Positions 1 to 7,350 of a DNA stretch of 32,000 nt are shown piece by piece. A program made the position numbers and the translations under genes. The stretch's first letter is position 1. Each line of letters opens with the position of its first letter. The notes below the pieces were generated by a model that saw only the letters and a program-made list of their open reading frames with translations, did not search any database and was not told the origin of the DNA. Source of the DNA: Synechocystis sp. PCC 6803 substr. PCC-P (lineage in GTDB: Bacteria > Cyanobacteriota > Cyanobacteriia > Cyanobacteriales > Microcystaceae); the NCBI RefSeq assembly GCF_000284455.1, contig NC_017039.1, positions 1,920,001 through 1,952,000 of the forward strand. Reading direction: 5' to 3'.

Positions 1-947
1 AATCTTGGACTAAACAGTTATTAATCGAAGCGGGAGTGCCCACAGCTTTTGGGGAAACTTTCACTGAGCCAGCTCCAGCCCAGGCCTATGCCACGAAAAT
101 GGGAGCTCCCATTGTGGTGAAAGCCGACGGTTTAGCCGCTGGTAAAGGGGTGATTGTGGCCCAAACTTCAGCCGAAGCAACCACGGCGATCGCCGAATTA
201 TTTGACCAGGGCTTTGAAAAAATTGTGGTGGAGGAATTTTTACCGGGGGAAGAGGTGTCCGTGCTGGCCCTCTGTGACGGCAAAACAGTTATTCCCCTGC
301 TACCAGCCCAGGACCACAAACGCATTGGGGAAGGAGACCAAGGGCTCAATACTGGTGGCATGGGAGCCTACTGCCCTGCTCCCATCGCCCCGCCAGCGGT
401 CATAGACCAGGTGCAAAAACAAATCCTACAGCCCACTGCTAACGCTTTAGCTAAACGGGGCATTGATTACCGGGGAGTATTATATGCCGGCTTAATGGTC
501 AGCCCCACCGGGGAAATTAAAGTGTTGGAATATAACTGTCGTTTTGGTGATCCTGAAACCCAAGCGGTGTTGCCCCTCCTGGCCACTCCTCTAGAAAAGG
601 TATTGATGGCCTGTGTGGAACAAAACCTAGAGCAATTGGGACCTCTGCAATGGCATTCCGGTAATGCTGTTTGTGTGGTGGTGGCCGCTGGTGGTTATCC
701 CGGCAGTTACCGCAAAGGAGATGAAATCAATGGTTTGGCTGAAGCCGAAGCTCAAGATGTTAAGGTATTCCATGCTGGCACAGAATTAAAGGAAGGCAAA
801 GTTTTGACCAATGGAGGCCGGGTATTGGGAGTCACCGCCCTAGGAAAAGACTTATCCACGGCGATCGCCACTGCCTATCGGGGAGTAGAACAAATTGACT
901 TTGATGGTATGTATTACCGACGGGACATCGGCCACAAAGCACTTTGA
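1..947 (+). CDS. purD: Phosphoribosylamine--glycine ligase, 5'-truncated by the window edge
   Basis: ATP-grasp/GARS protein (VVKADGLAAGKGVIVAQT, GDPETQAVLPLL). The frame is open to base 1 (SWTKQLLIEAGVPTAFGETF), upstream of the tracked start at 36. Confidence 0.95.
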   Translation, partial: SWTKQLLIEAGVPTAFGETFTEPAPAQAYATKMGAPIVVKADGLAAGKGVIVAQTSAEATTAIAELFDQGFEKIVVEEFLPGEEVSVLALCDGKTVIPLLPAQDHKRIGEGDQGLNTGGMGAYCPAPIAPPAVIDQVQKQILQPTANALAKRGIDYRGVLYAGLMVSPTGEIKVLEYNCRFGDPETQAVLPLLATPLEKVLMACVEQNLEQLGPLQWHSGNAVCVVVAAGGYPGSYRKGDEINGLAEAEAQDVKVFHAGTELKEGKVLTNGGRVLGVTALGKDLSTAIATAYRGVEQIDFDGMYYRRDIGHKAL

Positions 948-1151
948 CAAGGAGTTGGGAACGGAAATTCTTCGGGGAGAATGGATTGGGGTAAAACAAA
1001 TTTCCCCTGGGGCCGGAGAGGAAAAGACCAGTGGCCTTGGCAATGGCAAAAGTAAACCAATGGTGTCCTAAAGAGATCAACCGGGAATGTTAATATACGT
1101 TGCAGTTTGCCTTGAACTACCTTCCTACATTTGCCCTTCCCCAATTTGACT

Positions 1152-1766
1152 ATGCTTCAACGTCTTGTGCACATATTGGCTTTAACTGTCTGCGGCCTTG
1201 CCGTGGTCTCCAGTTTGACTCCGTCAGTCCGGGGACAGGGGGTCACGGAGGTGGAGGAAGTGATTATCGAGGGTAGTGGTCCCGAAAATTCTAGGGAGTT
1301 TCGTCCCCTCAACCAAGAAGGTAGTATCTTGAGCGTGGGCGCCGGCCGTCGCTTAATGAATGAAGCTAATGAGGCTATTAATCTTAACCAGTACACAGTG
1401 GCTCTGGAAAAACTACAGGAAGCCCGCAAGATTTTTAACCAATTGTCCAACTTTCATCTGCAATTAGCTAATAGTTTCTCGGGCATTAACACGGTTATTT
1501 TTGAAGAACAAAGAATTGCCGCTCTGGAAACTGGTCAACTGCGGGATGAAGCTACCTACCGTTTAGCTCTAGTACATCGAGCCAACAACGAACCAGCTTT
1601 GGCGGTGCCCCTGTTGCTACAAATTATCCGTTCCCAGAATCCCACCACGGACTTGGGCAGAAAATCCTACCAACAGCTTTATGAATTGGGTTTTGTAGCT
1701 TCTCCGTTTGAGGGACCCACCCCCACTGGCACCAATGCGGCCCCTACTGCCCCGGTGGTTAATTAG
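1152..1766 (+). CDS. Probable secreted/periplasmic helical-repeat (TPR-like) protein of unknown function
   Basis: Likely start MLQRLVHILALTVCGLAVVSSLTPSVRGQG, a typical signal peptide, followed by TPR-like helices (EANEAINLNQYTVALEKLQEARKIF). Confidence 0.6.
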   Translation: MLQRLVHILALTVCGLAVVSSLTPSVRGQGVTEVEEVIIEGSGPENSREFRPLNQEGSILSVGAGRRLMNEANEAINLNQYTVALEKLQEARKIFNQLSNFHLQLANSFSGINTVIFEEQRIAALETGQLRDEATYRLALVHRANNEPALAVPLLLQIIRSQNPTTDLGRKSYQQLYELGFVASPFEGPTPTGTNAAPTAPVVN

Positions 1767-1818
1767 CCCCAGTTGTGGTCAGCAACATCTTGACTGGACG
1801 GTGGAATGCTTACTTGGA

Positions 1819-2169
1819 TTAGGTTTGGCTAGAATATTTTTGCTCGATCGCCGTCACCAGTTGAATACAATCCAATTCTTCCGGTTTGACTTGTTCCGTA
1901 AACCAGGCGGCCAAAATTTCCTTGGCGATCGCCGGGGAAGTGGCCCGTAAACTCATTACCAGCACATTGACATCGTTCCACCAACGGGTTCCCTTGGCAG
2001 TTTCCGCATCCCTCACTAGGGCGGCCCTGATACCCGGTACTTTATTGGCCGCAATGGAGACACCCGTTCCCGTCCAACAAAATAGTATGCCTTCCTCTAC
2101 GGTTTGACCGGCCACCGCTTCCGCTAATTGTTGGGCAACCAATGGCCAGGGGTCTTTTTCCCCTGCCAA
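1819..2169 (-). pseudogene. rpiB: RpiB/LacA/LacB-family sugar-phosphate isomerase, N-terminally truncated
   Basis: C-terminal RpiB signature (GILFCWTGTGVSIAANKVPGIRAALVRD..NDVNVLVMSLR). The usual N-terminal half (MxIAIGSDHAGxxLK...) is missing, and upstream sequence enters the IS remnant at about 2190. Confidence 0.65.
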
Positions 2170-2197
2170 GGCGCCAAATAAGCAAAGAATGAGATAG

Positions 2198-3063
2198 TTA
2201 GGACAGCTCTCTCAACGCTATATCCAATGCAGCAATCAGCGATTCTCCATTACTAACCAGTTGGGCAACATAACGTTTTAGTTTCGCCCAGAACTTCTCA
2301 ATTTTGTTCAAGTCCGGTGAATATGGTGGTAAAAATATAACCTCACACCCAGCTTTTGCTAACAATTCCTTGATTCTTTCTTTCGGATGAAAGCTTGCAT
2401 TATCCATAATTAGTATCTGACCTGGTATTAACTCTGGTAACAACATTTCTTCTATCCACCTGCATACTACTTGGGCGTTGCAGTATCCTTCAAATATCAT
2501 TGGAGCTATTGTAGTTCCATTCTACCAACAACTTATTATGCTGACTCTCTTGGTTCTATGTCCTAATTTAGTCCCCTTAAATCCCTCTGATTTATGACAG
2601 TAACCATAGGGGTAGTCCAGGGTATCATCTAGACCAGCTTGACCCATATAAGTCAATCTTTCTGGCGCATATTGCTTGAGCTCATTTTCACATTCCTTTC
2701 TTCTTCATCTATTTCCCTGTAAATATAAGTTTTTTTTCTGGTAAAATCTACTTTCTTTAAAGCTTGACCTATTCTTGTTTTACCGAGCGTCTCGGGCCAT
2801 TTCTCCGCCATTTCCCTTTGAGTTAAATGACTATTCTCCTCCGCAAATTCTTTGAATTTATCTAAATCATTTATTTTCGGCTGTGGACCACGATGGTAGT
2901 CTGTTACTGGGCATACACTTCCCATATACCTCTTTTTCTTAATTCATAGGTCTAATGTGTTGCGACTAATGTTTAGCGTCCTACACACCTGGCTTTTTTT
3001 CTCACCTCTTTCCACTGCACTTACTGCTTTTTCTCTCAGGTCAATACTGTAGGGGGCTGGCAT
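2198..3063 (-). pseudogene. IS630-family transposase, multiply disrupted
   Basis: Reading the minus strand from ATG 3063: MPAPYSIDLREKAVSAVERGEKKSQVCRTLNISRNTLDL* (TGA at 2944-2946), then the tracked ORF 2653-2925, a frameshift near 2670-2685, ERLTYMGQAGLDDTLDYPYGYCHKSEGFKG..RVSIISCW* (TAG at 2522-2524), then MIFEGYCN...LIMDNASFHP...PPYSPDLNKIEKFWAKLK...ALRELS*. Distal catalytic motifs are preserved; the usual first DE motif reads GQ. Confidence 0.85.
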
Positions 3064-3096
3064 CGCTTTTTCCTTATCTTTATCTTTTTCCTATAT

Positions 3097-3164
3097 TATG
3101 TCCTAATCTATGCTATGTCCTAATCTATGCTATGTCCTAATCTATGCTATGTCCTAATCTATGC
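3097..3164. repeat. Four perfect tandem copies of a 17-bp unit (TATGTCCTAATCTATGC)
   Basis: Direct reading: units at 3097-3113, 3114-3130, 3131-3147 and 3148-3164 are identical. Confidence 0.97.
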
Positions 3165-3278
3165 GATTTTTGCTATATGGCTTTATTAATTTTTATTAAG
3201 ATTTGATTAAATCTTGAGACATCTTTTTTTCAGAAATGTACATTAACTTTATTGTTAGCAGGTAAAGTAAAAAAAATC

Positions 3279-3878
3279 ATGTCATTTTCAGAATCTAAAA
3301 TTATTGACCGCTTACTTTCAGTGATTGAACAGGATATTGTTCCTAAAACCCGGGAGGGGGTTAAAGCCGGAAACAAACTATTTGGTGCGGCAATTCTTAA
3401 AAAGGAAGACCTATCAACGTTAGTATCCAGTACGAATACAGAAACGGAAAACCCTCTCTGGCATGGTGAAGTCCACACCATGAAAAAACTCTATGAACTT
3501 CCCCGGAAAAAGCGTCCTAATCCCCGGGATTGCATTTTTCTTGCCACCCACGAGCCCTGTTCACTTTGTTTATCAGCTATTACCTGGGGCGGATACGATA
3601 ATTTTTATTATCTTTTTAGTTTTGAAGATTCTCGTGATTCATTTAATATTCCCCATGACCTGCGTATCTTAAAAGAGGTATTCAAGGTAGAAAATGGGGA
3701 CTATTCCCATGATAATTACTATTGGAAAAGTCATGATTTGGTCAAGCTAGTTGATGGCTATCAAGGAGAATTAAAGCGGTCTTTTCTGGACCGCATTGAA
3801 AATCTAAAGGCTGTTTATGCTGAAATGTCTGATGTGTATCAATCCAGTAAAGGAGATGCAGACATTCCTTTAGATTAA
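3279..3878 (+). CDS. Cytidine/deoxycytidylate-deaminase-fold (nucleoside deaminase-like) protein
   Basis: Zinc-site motifs HGEVHTM and PCSLC with CDA-like spacing. Likely start MSFSESKIIDRLL at 3279 rather than the tracked 3252. Confidence 0.6.
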   Translation: MSFSESKIIDRLLSVIEQDIVPKTREGVKAGNKLFGAAILKKEDLSTLVSSTNTETENPLWHGEVHTMKKLYELPRKKRPNPRDCIFLATHEPCSLCLSAITWGGYDNFYYLFSFEDSRDSFNIPHDLRILKEVFKVENGDYSHDNYYWKSHDLVKLVDGYQGELKRSFLDRIENLKAVYAEMSDVYQSSKGDADIPLD

Positions 3879-4026
3879 TCTTATTTTTTCTGGAAATAAA
3901 TTTGATGAATTATAAAATTTTAAAACTTTTACCATTACCCAACTTCACTGGACAAATTAAGTTACTAATTCATTAAAATTTATTGATTTTTGTCGCGAGC
4001 ACTTTTCGTTTGTTTTTTAGATAGTC

Positions 4027-4971
4027 ATGGATAAATACTCTAATCCAGAGAATAAAGAATGCGTTAATACGGTGCTTTTTGCTGAATTAGTTGCCCCTGA
4101 AGATGAGCCAAAATACTTGGCTGATCAAAGGCAACTAATTTTGTCTGCCCAACAACAAATTGGTTTTATTAATGCTGATTTTTTAGCTCCTATTCCAGAA
4201 ACTAGAACTGAGTGGTTAACAATTATTCAATTTGCCCAAGAAAAAAATCTTAACCACTATCTAAACTCGGAAGAATTTAAGATTCTCTTATCTCATAAAT
4301 CTTATGTGCAATTATCTAAAAGACAGTTTTTGTCAAATTTTACCCAAAAAGCTTCTATGCTGATTACAACCACTCTAAAGCCAGAAAATGAAGCAAATTG
4401 GCTCGAATGGAATGACAAAATTAATAAAACAATGAGGAAGTTTCCTGGCTTTATTGAGTCAGATATTCGGCCATCAATCATAGAACAAAAAGCCAATAAC
4501 AAAACCTGGATTGTTAATTTTCAGTTCGATAACTTGGATAATCTTAACCACTGGCTCAATTCTCCAGAAAGAGAAGTATTAATTGAAGAGGGCTCTTCTT
4601 TTTACGAGGAATCCGTAGTGAGTCAGTTTCCCAGCGGCTTTTCTAGTTGGTTTGATGTTGCAGGAAAACCAACAACACTAGCCCAATGGAAAATGCCTCT
4701 TATAGTGGAAATGGGATTATATCCTATGGTGCTTATCCAAACTAAGTTCCTTGGTTTTCTAAATATTTTTCCATTACCTGTGGTTCTTTTAATCAATACC
4801 TTGTGCTCCTGTATTTTGCTTCAATATTTTGTAATTCCAGTTATTCAAAAAATGATGCGTTTTTGGCTTTACCCGCAAAAATATTATAAAGAAAAAATTG
4901 ACTTTTGGGGAAGTGTAATAGTGGCTTTATATTTGCTGTTTATCTGCAGAGTAATGGTGTTTGTATTTTAA
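4027..4971 (+). CDS. Putative antibiotic biosynthesis monooxygenase (ABM)-domain protein with C-terminal transmembrane helices
   Basis: Two ABM-like alpha+beta segments (about residues 15-105 and 110-210; PGFIESDIRP, WIVNFQFDNLDNLNHWLNSPEREVLIEEG), then hydrophobic helices near FLNIFPLPVVLLINTLCSCILLQYFVIPV and FWGSVIVALYLLFICRVMVFVF. Confidence 0.6.
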   Translation: MDKYSNPENKECVNTVLFAELVAPEDEPKYLADQRQLILSAQQQIGFINADFLAPIPETRTEWLTIIQFAQEKNLNHYLNSEEFKILLSHKSYVQLSKRQFLSNFTQKASMLITTTLKPENEANWLEWNDKINKTMRKFPGFIESDIRPSIIEQKANNKTWIVNFQFDNLDNLNHWLNSPEREVLIEEGSSFYEESVVSQFPSGFSSWFDVAGKPTTLAQWKMPLIVEMGLYPMVLIQTKFLGFLNIFPLPVVLLINTLCSCILLQYFVIPVIQKMMRFWLYPQKYYKEKIDFWGSVIVALYLLFICRVMVFVF

Positions 4972-5057
4972 TAATTGAAGTTGTCTGAAGCGTCTCAATA
5001 TATCAAAAAAGCTTTATTATTTTTCGCACTATTTTCTCGACTCATCCCTTCTCCATC

Positions 5058-6728
5058 ATGACTTTTTATTATTTGCTTTTTGGTGTGCAGGATTTAGGAT
5101 TAATACTGTTTTCTAAATTTCTTTCTGCAAATTCTAACTATTCTTGGCTTAAGCTTAGCCTCACTTTGGCGATCGCCATCTTTCCCCAGTCGAAAATTCT
5201 GGCCGAGTCTATGCCAGAAGAGGAAGTTGGCAAGATAAATTTAGTTACAGAAATAGAATTTGATGATCAAAATAATAGTAAAAACAAAGAAAATATAGAT
5301 ATATTTCTTAATAAACAATCCCAGTTTCATTTTGCTAAAGATGTTAGAATCAGTCCTTTAAAAGCTTTAACTCCAGGAGAATTAGGGGACTGGCAAGAAG
5401 AGGCTGTGCATTATGCCCAGATATTACAGATAAACAATTTTGACCCAGACCATGATCACCATCATGAACCCCATCAATCCGTAGTCGCTATCAGTGGCAA
5501 CCCCGCCGCCTCTAACATGTTAGTGGGTACAGGACAACTAGGTCAATGGTTAGGGTTAGACGAAAACAGTCCCCTTCGTTTAGGGGGCATTTTTATGGGC
5601 AATATTAGTCAACAAATTTCCGGCGGCAATCAGCCTGGTTCCACCGATTTTAATGGAGCTTTAATTTTAGGTTTGGGAATAGATTTAGAAAAAGCAGTGG
5701 GTTGGAAAAATGCTTTTTTTGAAGTGGAAGGTTTGCAATATAACGGCCAACCAGTCAACTTTGCGGCAGGTTCTGTCCAGGGCTATAACTCCATTGAAGC
5801 CGGGCCCCCTTTGAATCGCACGGAATTGTACCAACTCTGGCTCAATCAAACCTTTCTTGATAATCGCCTTTCTTTTCGGGTGGGCAAGTTAATCCCTTCG
5901 ATGAATTTTGGTTATGTGGGGCGACCCTTTGTGACCCAAACCAATCCGCAATTATTCACTTCCACCACCGGCTTAATTTATACTCCCGTATTTGTAGGGC
6001 CGGCCATGTTGGGCTTCATTCCCGGCTACTACAATTCAGCTTTTGGTTTATATGGTTCATGGAAATCCTGGGGTGCCCCCGGCGACAATCCCGCTACTCC
6101 CAATGGTTGGTACACCCAAGCGGGAATTTATGACGGCAGAGGCGCACAGGGAGTACAAACGGGTTTAACTTGGCCTAATTTTTCCGGTGCGTTGTTCAGC
6201 GTGGCAGAAGTGGGGGGAACCTGGACTCCCTACGCTGATGATCCGGCAACCGGTTGGGGCAGTGTGGCGGTAGGGGGATGGCGACAGAGTGGTCCGCTAA
6301 CGGCCCCTGGGGGCGCATTTGAAGCCCAAACGGGGGGCATGTATGCTTACTTGGTGCAAAAACTAGGTAAATTCCGGGATAGCGAAGATCAAAACGGTAT
6401 TGTTGGCTTTGTCCAAGGTGGTTGGAACAGCTCCAGCACAGCTTTAATGCATAGTTCCCTCGGCTTTGGTTTAACTTTCATTGCCCCCTTTGGCGATCGC
6501 CCGTTGGACAGTTACGGTTTCGGTTTTTCCTGGGCCAGGCTAAATGCTAATCCCCTAGCGGGCTACGGCTTTAATAGTTACGAAACCATGATCCAGCTTT
6601 ATGCCCAGTACCATCTGGTGGGTAATTTATTTATTCAACCGGTGCTGACGGTTTTACCTACTCCCGGTAGTGGTGGGGCTGGGGCTCCTAGTGTAAGTGG
6701 CACTGTACAACTCACTTTCCCCTTCTAA
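5058..6728 (+). CDS. Outer-membrane carbohydrate-selective porin, OprB-like
   Basis: Signal-like N-terminus, repeated beta-barrel segments (FFEVEGLQYNGQPVNF, YQLWLNQTFLDNRLSFRVGKLIPSMNFG, GFVQGGWNSSSTALMHSSLGFGLTF) and C-terminal aromatic (GTVQLTFPF*). The exact start codon is uncertain. Confidence 0.75.
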   Translation: MTFYYLLFGVQDLGLILFSKFLSANSNYSWLKLSLTLAIAIFPQSKILAESMPEEEVGKINLVTEIEFDDQNNSKNKENIDIFLNKQSQFHFAKDVRISPLKALTPGELGDWQEEAVHYAQILQINNFDPDHDHHHEPHQSVVAISGNPAASNMLVGTGQLGQWLGLDENSPLRLGGIFMGNISQQISGGNQPGSTDFNGALILGLGIDLEKAVGWKNAFFEVEGLQYNGQPVNFAAGSVQGYNSIEAGPPLNRTELYQLWLNQTFLDNRLSFRVGKLIPSMNFGYVGRPFVTQTNPQLFTSTTGLIYTPVFVGPAMLGFIPGYYNSAFGLYGSWKSWGAPGDNPATPNGWYTQAGIYDGRGAQGVQTGLTWPNFSGALFSVAEVGGTWTPYADDPATGWGSVAVGGWRQSGPLTAPGGAFEAQTGGMYAYLVQKLGKFRDSEDQNGIVGFVQGGWNSSSTALMHSSLGFGLTFIAPFGDRPLDSYGFGFSWARLNANPLAGYGFNSYETMIQLYAQYHLVGNLFIQPVLTVLPTPGSGGAGAPSVSGTVQLTFPF

Positions 6729-6752
6729 AAAACTTCTAGAAAATATGTCCAA

Positions 6753-7049
6753 CTATTCCGGCTGAGAATTGGCAGGGGTGGATTCCACCTCCCCAGTTTC
6801 CGCCTCCAGGGTCGATGGAGATTCTACTAAGTTTTCCGGAGGGGTGAATTGGGGTGGCTCCGAATCACTGCCGGTGTTAATTTTGGGAATAAAATCTGGT
6901 CTTTTTGATCTTTCCCAACCCACAGGGCGTTTGGAATTGTACCAGGCCACCAAACCGATGGACACCGCCGCCACCAAACCCACAACATAGACCGCTACAA
7001 AGTAGGTGGGAAACGTGCCAGCAACCGCCAGGATGGGTAGAGCAAACAT
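6753..7049 (-). CDS. Small single-span membrane protein; Psb35-like photosystem II-associated protein
   Basis: MFALPILAVAGTFPTYFVAVYVVGLVAAVSIGLVAWYNSKRPVGWE: one TM helix followed by a YNSKRPxGWE motif recalled from the cyanobacterial Psb35 family, with an acidic/proline-rich C-terminal tail. Confidence 0.5.
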   Translation of the reverse strand: MFALPILAVAGTFPTYFVAVYVVGLVAAVSIGLVAWYNSKRPVGWERSKRPDFIPKINTGSDSEPPQFTPPENLVESPSTLEAETGEVESTPANSQPE

Positions 7050-7350
7050 ATTTTTTAAGAAATAATAGTTGGGGGGGGGAACGAACCCAATCTTAACAAA
7101 AATTGTTATCAGGGCAATGGCTCACCCTGGGGTGATTTCAGACATTGAAGGATTAATTCTAGGCATTTGGTAGCCAATTTAGCAACCCGATCCCCAGGGG
7201 GGTGGCCTATGATAAAGTGCCAGATGTGGAGTAAGATCAGTGTCGGCCACACCATATCTGTGGCTTAATTTATCTAAGCTCTCACTTTGGGCCCTTGACC
7301 CTGTCAGTTTGTTCCGCTACCCTACGAAGTCCCCCTGACTGTCTTTTTCT

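Larger units (their letters stand above)
2191..3164 (-). mobile_element. Degenerate IS630/Tc1-mariner-family insertion sequence remnant
   Basis: Contains a decayed IS630-type transposase. The left end gagatagttaggacag (2191-2206) matches the inverted orientation of the right-end 17-mer tatgtcctaatctatgc (reverse complement gcatagattaggacata). Confidence 0.8.

Noticed and set aside
3097-3164. Short regularly repeated units that could suggest a CRISPR array
   Set aside because: The 17-bp units are directly tandem with no spacers, no cas genes are nearby, and the unit matches the IS terminal repeat.
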